DNA of 64,000 nt, from assembly GCF_032444005.1 (NCBI RefSeq), contig NW_027193546.1, forward strand, positions 558,001-622,000, read 5' to 3'. Position 1 is the first letter of the stretch. Every line of letters starts with the position of its first letter. The notes beneath the pieces were generated by a model. The model worked only from the letters and a program-made list of their open reading frames with translations, searched no databases and was not told the origin of the DNA. Source of the stretch: Ranitomeya imitator (taxonomy: Eukaryota). The position numbers and the translations under genes are program-made. Shown in pieces: positions 24,142 through 36,743 of the stretch.

Positions 24142-24780
24142 TTATTTCTTAGCCGCGGGCTTCTTGGCTTTCGCAGCCTTCTTAGCCGGACTCTTGGCGG
24201 GTTTGGCCGCCTTCTTAGCCGGACTCTTCGTCACCTTCTTGGGCTTGGGAGCGGCTTTCGGCTTCTTGGGGCTCTTGGCCGCTTTCTTGGCCGCTGCGGG
24301 CTTCTTGGCCTTTTTCGGGCTCTTCTTGGCCGCAGTCGGAGCCTTCTTGGGCTTCTTCGGAGATTTGGCGGCTTTCTTGGCAGCAGCGGGTTTCTTAGGT
24401 TTGGCCGCAGCTGCTGGCTTCGTCTTGGCCACTTTGTCCTTCGTCTCCTGCTTCTTGTTCAGCTTGAAGGACCCGGAGGCGCCGCTGCCTTTCACCTGGA
24501 GGAGGGCGCCCTTGGTGACCAGAGCCTTGACGGCCAGCTTCAGGCGGCTGTTGTTCTTCTCTACATCGTATCCTCCAGCAGACAGAGCCTTCTTCAGGGC
24601 GGCCAGAGACACCCCGCTGCGCTCCTTGGAGGCGGACACGGCTTTCACGATCAGCTCGGAGACGCTGGGGCCGGAGGGTTTATTGCTCTTCTTGGCAGCA
24701 GATTTCTTCGGCTGCTTCTTGGATTTGGCGGCCGGTTCTGCGGGAGGGGGAGCGGCGGCTGGCGCGGTCTCTGCCATCAT
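24142..24780 (-). CDS. H1: Linker histone H1 (somatic type)
   Basis: MMAETAPAA..., globular domain [27 protein letters not shown]...[12 protein letters not shown], and a K/A/P-rich tail. The start may be the second ATG (24777). Confidence 0.97.
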   Translation of the reverse strand: MMAETAPAAAPPPAEPAAKSKKQPKKSAAKKSNKPSGPSVSELIVKAVSASKERSGVSLAALKKALSAGGYDVEKNNSRLKLAVKALVTKGALLQVKGSGASGSFKLNKKQETKDKVAKTKPAAAAKPKKPAAAKKAAKSPKKPKKAPTAAKKSPKKAKKPAAAKKAAKSPKKPKAAPKPKKVTKSPAKKAAKPAKSPAKKAAKAKKPAAKK

Positions 24781-24849
24781 GTGCTGCTGAAGCTAAATGA
24801 AAATATTTCTTGATAGGAAGGAAAACACTGAGGCCCGAGCTGGAGGCGC

Positions 24850-24990
24850 CTGTTATATGTGCAGGCTTACTGCGCACTGATTGGCTGCTGAGCAGCACCG
24901 TCCTGAGCTTCTATTGGCTGACACTGGACACAGGCCCCGCCCCCTCCCAGCTGAGTCCGAGTGAAGCTCCGCTCTCCCCTTGTGCTTCCC
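24850..24990 (-). promoter_or_regulatory. H1 promoter (TATA, two CCAAT, GC box, possible variant H1 box)
   Basis: CATATAA on the minus strand at 24853-24859, ATTGG near 24880 and 24914, GGGGCGGGG near 24935-24944, AAGCACA near 24981 (canonical H1 box is AAACACA). Confidence 0.65.
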
Positions 24991-25781
24991 TGCCCGGGAT
25001 AAAAGCCCTTTACCGGCTAACACCGGACAGCAGAGCGCGATTCCTCCGTCGCCTCCCCTTCTCCAACATCTCCACCGGCCATTTGTAGCCGTCACTAGCA
25101 GAGATGCCGGGAAAGAGCGGAGAGGAAATCCCGGGATCATCGCCGCCGTCCTCCCGATCTGCACATCACTGTGTATCCGGGGAGATAAATCTGCTGCGGG
25201 AGCTCGTTCCTCCTATTCCCGGCTCCTGTCACCATCACAGGGATCTTTACTCCTATGTCTATCGCACAGGAAGCTGATTGTACGATGTGGGGACGAGCTG
25301 GAGCTGCTGACAACCCAGAAGGGTAACACAGGCGACGGCCTCCGCTGACTGCCACCTCCCTGACCTGTGGTGTCACTGTACCCCGTATGTGCATAGGATT
25401 GGGGGGACACGTGTTCCACATCAGTAGATGATCCACATCGGTGGCTGATTGCAATCACCTGCCTGATATCGTGTCTTACCCAGTGTGAAGCTGTGACCGC
25501 TGCGGCCTGTCATGGTGCGAAGAGCTCTGATGAGGCGACAGCTGCACACTGCGACTCCCCAACCAAACACATAAACATCTCCGGGGAGAAAACTGAAATA
25601 TTAATGGATTTATGTGACCCCCACTATTGTGTAAAAGGGGAATATTGGGAGAAAAGCGGAGACACAAAATCCAGCGTCTACACAGAGAACACAGCTGTAC
25701 ATAGTATATATAGTGCACAACATCACATCTGCACAGCCCAGATCAGCAGTGTAATAAGTGTCACTGATACTAGAGGAGAGG

Positions 25782-25989
25782 GTACAGTATATACAGCAGA
25801 GTGTACAGTATATACAGCAGAGTACACAGTATATAGAGCAGAGTGTACAGTATATACAGCAGTGTGCACAGTATATAGAGCCAGTGTGTACAGTACATAC
25901 AGCAGTGTGTACAGTATATAGAGCAGTGTGTAAAGTATATACAGCAGTGTGTACAATTTATAGACCAGAGTGTACAGTATATAGAGCAG
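25782..25989. repeat. 21-bp minisatellite (~10 copies)
   Basis: Unit GTACAGTATATACAGCAG(A/T)GT. Copy at ~49803-50010. Confidence 0.85.
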
Positions 25990-26366
25990 TCTCCCCTCTC
26001 TTCTTCTTTCTCTCTCTCTCCCTCTTTCTTAATCTCTATTTCTCTCTCCTCTCTTTCATTATTTCCTTCTCTCCTTTCTCTCTTCGCTCTCCTCTCTTTC
26101 TTTCTCTCTTCTTTTTTCTCTAAATCTTTCTCTCACTCTTACTCTTTCTCCCTTTCTATTTCTCTCTCTCCCTCTCTTTCCCTTGCTTTCTCTTTTTCTT
26201 ACTTTATATCTATCTCTCTCCTTCTCTCTTTCTTTATCTCTCTTCTCTCTACTTCTCTCTCTCTCTCTTTATGTCTCTTTGTCTCTCTCTTTCTCCCTTT
26301 CTTTCTCTCTATCTCCTTCTTTCTCATTCTCTCTCTTTCACTTTATCTCTCTCTTTCTCTCTCTCA
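25990..26366. repeat. CT-rich low-complexity tract
   Basis: Almost pure pyrimidine on the plus strand, ending CTCTCAG. Related tracts at ~27545-27855, ~50011-50389 and ~51568-51878. Confidence 0.9.
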
Positions 26367-26677
26367 GGGAGAGATTATCAATCCTTCATGTCAGCAGTGC
26401 ACCTCTCCAAAATGAGGCAGATGTACTAGATTTTCTAGGCACCGCCATCTGCACGTGGGGTGCTGCTGTAATCCCTGTCATCATCCTCGTTTTTCCTCTC
26501 CACGTTTCCATATCCAGCCAAGTGATCGCTGGGCCCAGTATTCTCATCAGCATTGCCGATACTTCGAGCTGTAGCAAAGGAGAAGGCACAAGTGATGATA
26601 ACCCGCCTCTATGTGCCCTCAAGTGTCTCCGCTGTGGTGCGGGATGATATGCTATGGAAGGTTAATAATCAATAATT

Positions 26678-27369
26678 GTGTCCTTCCTACAGGCTCTGGT
26701 GCCCCATGGAATGAAAGGTTTCCCCAGGAGGGCGGTGGTAAAGATGTTTAATGACTTGCTAAGGAATGGTCGCATGCAAAAACTCCAAGACTCGGACACC
26801 GTGCTGTCCCAGATTTTGGAGATGACGTGCAGTGACTTGGATTGGGAGGTGAAGGTGAACGCATTGGACCTGGCACATTCCTATATGTCCCAAACATTGG
26901 AGATGGGACCGTCCCTAACGTGTCCTTACACTATAGGGCTGCCATCTAGCAGAAGCTCAGGTTCCATCTCCGACGCTCTGGTTACATGTGAATGAGTCGG
27001 GCTTTTTCCGGCCTTATTGACTTGTCTGTGTGACTGTGACCGGTCAGTGGCATCAAAGGCGTGTGAAATCCTGCTCGCTGTGAAGCCCAAACTGTGCAAT
27101 GGGGACACTGATCCCTCCGAAGAGTATGGAAGAGACTGGCTGGAGCACACGATAAAAGAGAAGCAAATGGCAGGCGGGGACGGTGCTGGGGCCGGCAGGG
27201 TCGCCCACCAGATTGGGCCACTGGTGTCATACAGAAGATGGATTTGGATAACATAAAATGTCCCCTTCCGAAAAACAGCGATCATGTACACGAAACTCCC
27301 CGGTCACTGCTGCAGGACGTCAAAGCAACCTTATGGGGGGAAGAAATGCACGATGCAGATTGCTACTGA
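26678..27369 (+). pseudogene. BRAT1: BRAT1 C-terminal fragment, copy A (stop plus frameshifts)
   Basis: GFPRRAVVKMF...DLDWEVKVNALDLA...CPYTIGLP...CDCDRSVASKACEILL...DADCY* matches the recalled BRAT1 C-terminus (EGFPRRAVMQVF, DLDWEVRAQGLELA, DCDRPVAQKSCDLL, EADCY*). TGA at 26993 and indels after ~27190. Confidence 0.85.
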
Positions 27370-28170
27370 TGCGGAAGTTTATGGTACTTTTCTGCTGCAG
27401 ATTTCACTGCGGAAATGCCTTTTGTGCTGTAATTTGTAGTGGATCCAACCTGTGTTTTTCTTTTTTTACTACAGTGCCCTACTGGGACCCAGAAGCCCTC
27501 CTGGCCATCCAACTGCTACTCAGGCGCCAATTTCTAAGAAAGATTTATCTCCTCTCTTTCTTTCTCTTTCTCTAAATCTTTCTCTCACTCTTACCCTTTT
27601 CCCCTTTCTATTTCTCTCTCACCCTCTCTTTCTCTTGCTTTCTCTTTCTCTTTTTTCTCACTTTATCTCTATCTTTCTCTCTCCTTGTCTCTTTCTTCAT
27701 CTCTATTTCTTCTCTCTCTACTTATCNNNNNNNNNNNNNNNNNNNNNNNNNNNNNNNNNNNNNNNNNNNNNNNNNNNNNNNNNNNNNNNNNNNNNNNNNN
27801 NNNNNNNNNNNNNNNNNNNNNNNNNNNNNNNNNNNNNNNNNNNNNNNNNNNNNNNCCCAGGGAGAGATGATCAATCCTTCATGTCAGCAGTGCACCTCTC
27901 CAAAATGAGGCAGATGTACTAGATTTTCCAGGCACCGCCATCTGTACGTGCGGTGCTGCTGTAATCCCTGTCATCATCCTCGTTTTTCCTCTCCACGTTT
28001 CCATATCCAGCCAAGTGATCGCTGGGCCCAGTATTCTCATCAGCATTGCCGATACTTCGAGCTATAGCTAAGGAGAAGGCACAAGTGATGATAACCCGCC
28101 TCTATGTGCCCTCAAGTGTCTCCGCTGTGGTGCGGGATGATATGCTATGGAAGGTTAATAATCAATAATT

Positions 28171-28863
28171 GTGTCCTTCCTACAGGCTCTGATGCCCCAT
28201 GTAATGAAAGGTTTCCCCAGGAGGGCGGTGGTAAAGGTGTTTACTAACTTGCTAAGGAATGGTCGCATGCAAAAACTCCAAGACTCGGACACCGTGCTGT
28301 CCCAGATTTTGGAGATGACGTGCAGTGACTTGGATTGGGAGGTGAAGGTGAACGCATTGGACCTGGCACATTCCTATATGTCCCAAACATTGGAGATGGG
28401 ACCGTCCCTAACGTGCCCTTACACTATAGGGCTGCCATCTAGCAGAAGTTCAGGTTCCATCTCCGACGCTCTGGTTACATGTGAATGAGTCGGGCTTTTT
28501 CCGGCCTTATTGACTTGTCTGTGTGACTGTGACCGGCCAGTGGCATCAAAGGCGTGTGAAATACTTCTCGCTGTGAAGCCCAATCTGTGCAATGGGGACA
28601 CTGATCCCTCCGAAGAGTATGGAAGAGACTGGCTGGAGCACACGATAAAAGAGAAGCAAATGGCAGGCGGGGACGGTGCTGGGGACCGGCAGGGTCGCCC
28701 ACCAGAATGGGCCACTGGGGTCATAAAGAAGATGGATTTGGATAACATAAAATGTTCCCTGCCGAAATACAGCGATTATGTACACGAGACTCCCCGGTCA
28801 CTGCTGCAGGACGTCAAAGCCACCTTATGGGGGGAAGAAATGCACGATGCAGATTGCTACTGA
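28171..28863 (+). pseudogene. BRAT1: BRAT1 C-terminal fragment, copy B (single in-frame TGA)
   Basis: One continuous frame of 231 codons ending RSLLQDVKATLWGEEMHDADCY*, interrupted only by TGA at 28486-28488. Confidence 0.88.
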
Positions 28864-29499
28864 TGCGGAAGTTTAAGGGACTTTTCTGCTGCAGATCTCA
28901 TTGCGGAAATGCCTTTTGTGCTGTGATTTGTAGTGGATCCAACCTGTTTTTTTCCTACAGTGTCCTACTGGGACCCAGAAGCCCTCCTGGCCATCCGACA
29001 GCTACTCAGGCCCCAATTTCGAAGAAGCACGTCCTGGTTATAAGAAAGCAAATGCCTTTGGCACTATAGAGGGTGATGTAGTAGGGATTATTTTTCTATT
29101 TTGGTTTGCTTCCAGTACAGTTTTCACATTAAATCAGAACAATTAAAGAAAACAAACAAAAAAAAAACACGGCACATTCCTGTAATTTTGAATTAAAGCA
29201 TAACATTTTATATAAACAATGCATAAAAATGTGTCTTTCTGGGTTGTGATTGGTACATGAGGTAATGGCATAAATTAACATTCAATCACCTGATGTTGAT
29301 ATGATGAAAAATCTCTCCTAATTTCACTTGCTGCTTTCAACCGTGTATTGGGATTAACTGTGGGGGCATCATACATTGTGGAGAGTATGATCCACTCTGA
29401 TCTGGCATGGTCATGACAATAGTCGGGATACCTGCCACTACAGGGAAGGAAATTGTATATAATAAAGAAGCTGGAAAAATAATTGCAGAAACTGTACAA

Positions 29500-29645
29500 T
29501 GGGCGGGAAATTCAAACTTCCCAACAGTTCTGTGTTCAGCCAATCAGCAGAGTAAGGGAGGAGCTAATGATTCTGTAAGCCCCGCCCCGGATAGCGTCAT
29601 CTCTCCAGTTCTCTCTCTGGTCCATTCTTCCTCCATATAAAGGAG
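29500..29645 (+). promoter_or_regulatory. H4(+) promoter with E2F/CHR/Myb/CCAAT cassette and TATA
   Basis: GCGGGAAA-TTCAAA 29503-29516, CAACAG 29522, CCAAT 29540, GGTCCATT, CATATAAAGG ~29634. Confidence 0.7.
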
Positions 29646-29683
29646 CAGTCCCTGAGGCTCAGGAATCAGTTTTTGCTCATTGA

Positions 29684-30004
<321 letters not shown>

Positions 30005-30034
30005 TTGTGTTCTCTTCTGTCCTCACAACCCAAA

Positions 30035-30050
30035 GGCTCTTTTCAGAGCC
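30035..30050 (+). terminator. H4 histone 3' stem-loop
   Basis: AAA-GGCTCTTTTCAGAGCC-ACCCA. Copy at 54055-54070. Confidence 0.95.
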
Positions 30051-30829
30051 ACCCACATCTTCTAAGTGAGGGCTGCACCTGACTGCTAGGATCTGATTTC
30101 TCTGCTTTGGTGATGTCGCTGTAATGTTAGAACACTCATCGGTGCCAACGTTACGCTCCGAATACTGAATAGTCCCAAGGATATCCTGACGTGGAAAGAC
30201 TAAACGGCTTACCCGAAGCAGATCCCTCTACAGCTCTAATCAGGGGGGTGTTCAGGGCGGTTTCCAAATGTAGGTTAATATTCTGTCTAGACATTTAATA
30301 TCCTGTTCTTATTGGGCGCTGATTAGTAGATTTATGGGGGATATATATCCGCACTGGGCCGCAGTGATAATTTCCTGATCAGATCCGTGTACAGGGAATG
30401 TGGCTGTAGGAGGCAGCTGGATAGATGGACGCCCTGTGTGTCATCACATAGGGTACGGAGACTCCTATGTGATGACCACGTCCTGGACACTAATGTTTCG
30501 GGTGGATGGCGCCTCTGAAGACTATTATAACCTCCTCAGAATAATGATGGGCTGTTTGAGGTCTGATAGCCACGGCTGCGCGTTTTGAGGTCCTGTCATG
30601 TATTTATATATATCCGGTGTGTGCAGTGTATGGGGGGACACAGGTGTTGGTTCTGTTCCCTACAGCTCCTGTCCTGTATATGTATATACAAAGCGTATAC
30701 ATTGTGTGCAGTGTATGGGGGACACAGCGCTGCCGGGGCCTGGGGTGAAGGTGCCGCATCTGTGGATACTCTGGTAAAGAAAAGATCAGCTGGAAAACGG
30801 CACGTAAGGAGTTAAACGGGAGAGGAAAG

Positions 30830-31307
30830 ACGGGCAACAAAATTAATAAAGGGGATGGGAGAACTACAATACCCAGATAGATTAGCGAAATTAGGATTAT
30901 TTAGTCTAGAAAAAAGACGACTGAGGGGCGATCTAATAACCATGTATAAGTATATAAGGGGACAATACAAATATCTCGCTGAGGATCTGTTTATACCAAG
31001 GAAGGTGACGGCACAAGGGGGCATTCTTTGCGTCTGGAGGAGAGAAGGTTTTTCCACCAACATAGAAGAGGATTCTTTACTGTTAGGGCAGTGAGAATCT
31101 GGAATTGCTTGCCTGAGGAGGTGGTGATGGCGAACTCAGTCGAGGGGTTCAAGAGAGGCCTGGATGTCTTCCTGGAGCAGAACAATATTGTATCATACAA
31201 TTAGGTTCTGTAGAGGGACGTAGATCTGGGGATTTGTTGTGATGGAGTGTGGGCTGAACTGGATGGACAAATGTCTTTTTTCGGCCTTACTAACTATGTT
31301 ACTATGT
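30830..31307 (+). mobile_element. CR1 LINE 3' fragment (same family as 8001-8517)
   Basis: GELQYPDRLAKLGLFSLEKRRLRGDLITMYKY..., frameshifted, with the same TAACTATGTTACTATGT tail. Confidence 0.9.
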
Positions 31308-31700
31308 ACATCACTGAAGGCTGAGCGTTACCAAGGTTTCTCGCTCATTGTCTGATCACAGAATCCGTTGGGGAATTTGAATTCCCCGCTCATAATCTCC
31401 GGAGGATTGTTACAGGTCACTGATAGCGACAACCATCCCCCACCCCCTTACTGCGGGACCTGCTAACTACATGTAGACCTCACCGCGGAGTATCAGACAC
31501 TAAGGAGGGGACATTTCCTGCGAGCTTGGCAGACGACACTCCACCTGAGGGTCTGAGACTTCATGTGGGATTGACCCATTCATCTCCTGTTATTCTGTGG
31601 ATATGTGCACCAACAATGGCGGCAATGGTGTATGAACTATCAGCCTCATGCGAGGACCCCCGAGATAGGCGGCGCCGGCTCTTGTGGTGACGGTGTGGGT

Positions 31701-31716
31701 GGCTCTTAGAAGAGCC
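31701..31716 (-). terminator. H2A histone 3' stem-loop
   Basis: Minus strand AAA-GGCTCTTCTAAGAGCC-ACCCA, followed by CAAGAGCCGG. Copy at 55721-55736. Confidence 0.95.
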
Positions 31717-31745
31717 TTTGGTTTTGTAGAGATTGGCGGCAGCGC

Positions 31746-32138
31746 TCACTTGCTCTTGCTCGCCTTGCTGCTCTCGGTCTTCTTGGGCAGCAGCACGGCC
31801 TGGATGTTGGGCAGGACGCCCCCCTGGGCAATGGTCACCCCACCCAGCAGCCTGTTCAGCTCCTCGTCATTGCGCACCGCCAGCTGCAGGTGACGGGGGA
31901 TGATGCGGGTCTTCTTGTTGTCCCGGGCAGCATTGCCGGCCAATTCCAGGATCTCAGCGGTCAGATACTCCAGCACAGCGGCCAGATAGACCGGAGCGCC
32001 GGCGCCGACTCTCTCAGCGTAGTTGCCCTTGCGGAGAAGCCTGTGCACACGGCCGACTGGGAACTGCAGTCCTGCCCGGGATGAGCGGGTCTTGGCCTTA
32101 GCACGGACCTTTCCTCCTTGTTTGCCGCGTCCAGACAT
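31746..32138 (-). CDS. H2A: Histone H2A (replication-dependent)
   Basis: 130-aa canonical H2A with an amphibian-type tail [10 protein letters not shown]. Confidence 0.99.
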   Translation of the reverse strand: MSGRGKQGGKVRAKAKTRSSRAGLQFPVGRVHRLLRKGNYAERVGAGAPVYLAAVLEYLTAEILELAGNAARDNKKTRIIPRHLQLAVRNDEELNRLLGGVTIAQGGVLPNIQAVLLPKKTESSKASKSK

Positions 32139-32929
32139 GATGCCGATAACTAATGACGGAAAATCGTGTAGAGAAGAGTCTGTGCTGTGTCGCCTTATAT
32201 AGTCCGTTGCTCCGCCCTCCTCTCCTGTCGTTGGACGGATCTGAAGATGAAAATGGAGAAGAGTATTGGAGATCCACCAATGAGCTACAGAGGGCGGAGC
32301 TTATTATTGCTCCTTTCTCAAATGAGTTTCTCACCCAATAGAAAACGTTCGCTTTGGACAGAATAGATAAGGGGTGAAAACAGATATCTGTCCTGGAGCA
32401 GAAGGAAATGCAGAAATATTCTGTTGACTTGTTGTTTGCACTTGTTGGACTTGTGTCTTCTATCAGCCATATATTGCACTGACAGTCTGGCGGGTGAGGG
32501 GTTAATTCCTGTCAGGAGGAGGCTCCTCACTCACCCGCTTATTATCCTGTGCAGATCCCCTGTGGTGTCCGCGCTTATACTATCACAGCCTGACTGAGAC
32601 AAGTCTCCTATGTTCTGCCCGGAGCCTGATGTGACGCTGCCGGGTCTCGGGTGGGGGAAGTCGCCGCTTCTGTAAAGCGAGTGTGTAGTGGGGGGTCAGC
32701 ACACACGGACACTGAGGAGTTAAATGGAGGCGGATATTCCTGTATCTGGGATTGGTCGGCGCCTGCGGATGTCTCTCGCTCATTGGCTGATTACAGATCC
32801 GTTGCTGGTTTTGAATTCCCCGCTCAGTTTCTGCTCTTTGTCCGTCGGGTTTATTACCGGCCCCTTTGCTGGAGCGGCGATCGCTGATAATACCGGGTCC
32901 TGTCATCCCAGCTGTCTGCCCCCAAACAC

Positions 32930-33822
32930 CTCCGTGTCCTTGACCTGAGTGCACACCATTATCCTTGTTCATGTGATTTTTTGCTTGGTGTAGCACCGGT
33001 TTACCAGATGACGTCTGACATCTTCGCATACGACGACGCAACCAGTTCCAGCATCTTATCGCAAGTTTCAAACTCAAGTGAATTCTTGAAAACCCCTCCC
33101 CATGAGTTGAGGACGAGGGACTACGAGAATTAGCGACGAAAATTAATCTCATATGATTTACACTGCATAACTTTGGCAGAACATCATAAACAGGGCAAGA
33201 TCCCGAGAGGTCTTAGGTGCAACCTGCGCCCAACACTTTTTTCTGAAGATCCCGATTACTGTGACAAATACAAGAGAATACTAAATAAATGTTCTTTAGA
33301 CATCATTATTCTGACCATTGAATTTCTACAAAAGGCTATTACGGAAACAAAGGACAGTATTAGAGCAATTGAAACACAACTATCTTCTACATTGGCATCC
33401 ACAGACTCTTACTTTTCGCTGCTCCGGACAGTATTCCCTTCATCGCCTCTGGTTGCCTTGTAAATATTGTACATATTATATTTTATATTTTGGTGTATGT
33501 TTATTATTTTGTCTTTTTTGTTCTTATTCGTTTTCTATTACATATAATGTTATGTCACATACAGTTACTTATACTGTTTATTTGCTTTCCTAGTAACCCC
33601 ATGAATAAGACCCGGGAGGGTCGAAACGTCGGGTTTCTATCTACGAATTATCACAGTGGCAATTGTTGACTTGTTTTCGTGAATAAATCTGGCATATACC
33701 TTTTGCATCATACCAGTTTCGAGTGTGCGGTATTTTTTCTTCTACTATTAACTTGACCACACGGTCTGTTTTACCAGCACCTCCGTGTCCTTGACCTGAG
33801 TGCACACCATTATCCTTGTTCA
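32930..33822 (+). mobile_element. Truncated Penelope-like element, unit 2 copy
   Basis: Matches 888-1780 at +32042. Confidence 0.75.
33595..33635 (+). ncRNA. Minimal hammerhead ribozyme motif, unit 2 copy
   Basis: Identical to 1553-1593. Confidence 0.7.
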
Positions 33823-34471
33823 TGCCCCCAAACACGGGCGGGGATCGGTCGCCATTATTACTCTGGGGAGGTTATAATAACCTTCATAGGCGCCATCCAT
33901 CCGAAACATTAGTGTCCGGGACGTGGTCATCACATAGGAGTCTCCGTACCCGGTACACAGGGCGTCCATCTATCCAGCTGCCTCAGACAGCCACATTCCC
34001 TGTGAATATTCGCTGCCCTATTCACCCCACACGGATCTGATCAGGAGAATATTACTGTACAGCCCATTTCCCTGTAATTCCGTGTTCTATTTATTTTATA
34101 TATCAATAAGAAGAAACCGCATTTGTGCTGTGATGGGAGTCACCAGTACTTGGGGCATCTTACAGTCAGACTTGTGATCGGATCTCTCTGCACTGCAGTG
34201 GTTTTATCTCACGTCATATTAACCCTATGAGATCTATGGCATTCGTTTTACATTATTACATCTAGTGCTAGAGGATCCTATCCTGCAATTGTATTGGGAT
34301 ATTTCTCCCATGATTCGTTGTTCCCCTCCACATTCTCGGAACTTCTACATGTGGGCAAAACAGAATTCATTGTCTTTCCCACATCACACGCAACCCCCCA
34401 ACGAACCTATCCATTACAGGAAACGGCTGCCCACTCTCCTCAGTCCAAGTTCGCTGCCTCGGGGTAATCCT

Positions 34472-35270
34472 TGACACTCATCTCTCCTTCAAACCTCATA
34501 TCCAAGCCCTTTCCACTTCCTGCCGCCTTCAACTCAAAATATTTCAAGGATCTGTAGATTTCTAAACCAAGAATCTGCAAAAACCCTAGTCTATGCCCTC
34601 ATCATCTCCCGCCTGGACTACTGTAACCTCCTGCTCTGTGGCCTCCCCTCTAACACTCTCGCACCCCTCCTATCTATTCTAAACTCTCCTGCCCGACTAA
34701 CCAACCTGTCCCCCGCTATTCCCCGGCCTCTCCCCTCTGTCAATCCCTTCACTGGCTCCCCATTACCCAGAGACTCCAGTACAAAAGCCTAACCATGACA
34801 TACAAAGCCATCCACAAAATGTCTCCTTTATACATCTGTGACCTCCTCTCCCGGTACTTTCCTGCAACCTCCGATCCTCACAAGATCTCCTTCTCTACTC
34901 CCCTCTTATCTCCTCTTCCCACAATCGCATACAAGATTTCTCTTGCGCATCACCCCTACTCTGGAACCCTCTACCACAACACATCAGACTCTCACCTACC
35001 ATGGAAACCTTCAAAAAGAGCCTAAAGACCCACCTCTTCCGACAAGCCTACAACCTGCAGTAACCACCACTGATCGACCAGCTCTACCTTCACCTACTGT
35101 ATCCTCATCCATCCATTGTAGATTGCGAGCCCTCGTGGGCAGGGTCCTCTCTCCTCCTGTACCAGTTATGACTTGTATTGTTCAAGATCATTGTACCTGT
35201 TATTATGTATACCCCTCCTCACATGTAAAGCGCCATGGAATAAATGGCGCTATAATAATAAATAATAATA
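34472..35270 (+). mobile_element. L2-type LINE 3' fragment, unit 2 copy
   Basis: Matches 2430-3228. Confidence 0.85.
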
Positions 35271-36344
35271 TTGCCCGAGAGCCGCCAGTCCTGACACTAG
35301 ATGAAGCGGGGGAAGAAAAGTGATAGAACAGAAGGACGATCAGTAACTGAGCAGGGATCCTGTGAGGAGGATGTGACGGCCGATAATGTAACTGCCTGAC
35401 CTGTGAGATCCTGACACCACAGGGTAATGTTCTGAGCAGGGACACTCCGCAATCTTCTACACATGATCCTACATTTCCCATCACAGACCTCCTGCCTGCA
35501 GCCGTAGGACTGATCTGTAATGGGGAGACATGGTGGGATCTGCTGGGAAGGGCAGAATTGGTCTTCCCTGAAATGTCTCTTGTAGGATATGTCCCTGACC
35601 AGTATATCGTCTCAACAATACGGATTGTGACGGGAAAGGGACGATCTGATCGTCTCCAGGTCAGACACACGGGAACATCACAGCATGTGGAGAACACGAA
35701 TCATTCTCTATATCCATGAGAGGAAACCGGAGCGGATACAGCGCCGCTAACCTGGAAATCTGCAGATTCCTGTGTGGGATGTAAGAGACCAATGATCGCT
35801 CAACACAAGCAGATTTCCCGATATCGGTCCTGGGACCAGGTGTTATATGAAGACAAAAGACGGAAAAAAGCGGGAACCGTAAACGTGTTACCATTGGAAA
35901 CATTAGCTCCTCCCTCTGCTGATTGGCTGAACACAGGACGGTTGGGGGTTTGAATTTCCCGCCGCTTCTAAATGTAATGACGTCACTTACACTGTAAAAA
36001 GAATCCAGATTAGGCTCTAGATCAACTCCACCACAAATGGCTCCTGTTACCTGAGAAACGAGAGTAATGAACTAATAAACGAGACCCCAGAATGCCGAGA
36101 TCTGTGCAGCAAGGAGTTAAATAAGAAGTCCCTGAATACACATCAACTCGCTGAGCAATGCCCAGATTATTCCTGAGATTTTCTCACCATCTCCCTCGTC
36201 ACCAGGCGCAGAGCCCCGGGCGGAGCGAGCAGACACCTCGGGGAGACGGGAGAGGACACCGGAGCAGTGTGGGTGGCTCTTATAGTGAGGGTGTGGGTGG
36301 CTCTTAGAAGAGCCTTTGGGGTGAGGAGCGGAGCACGGANNNNN

Positions 36345-36743
<399 letters not shown>

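Noticed and set aside
10849-24790. Very long ORFs (GGGGGTDHTALR, VALIIQLCGEEV, PQSCMISATTSS and PAELYDQCHHLL repeats), including ones running antisense through H1
   Set aside because: A 36-bp unit (12 codons) lacking stops is open in several frames on both strands at once. Frames switch at the 37-bp variants, and there is no promoter or splice support. The same applies to 42876-48811.
25528-25560. CTGATGAG as a second hammerhead core
   Set aside because: No stem II followed by GAAA and no matching stems I/III could be built.
25490-26650. ORFs of 121-219 aa rich in YT/SL/F
   Set aside because: They are translations of the 21-bp minisatellite and the CT tract.
26678-28863. Functional full-length brat1 gene
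   Set aside because: Only the C-terminal portion is present, with a shared premature stop and frameshifts in copy A, and no upstream BRAT1 exons were recognised.
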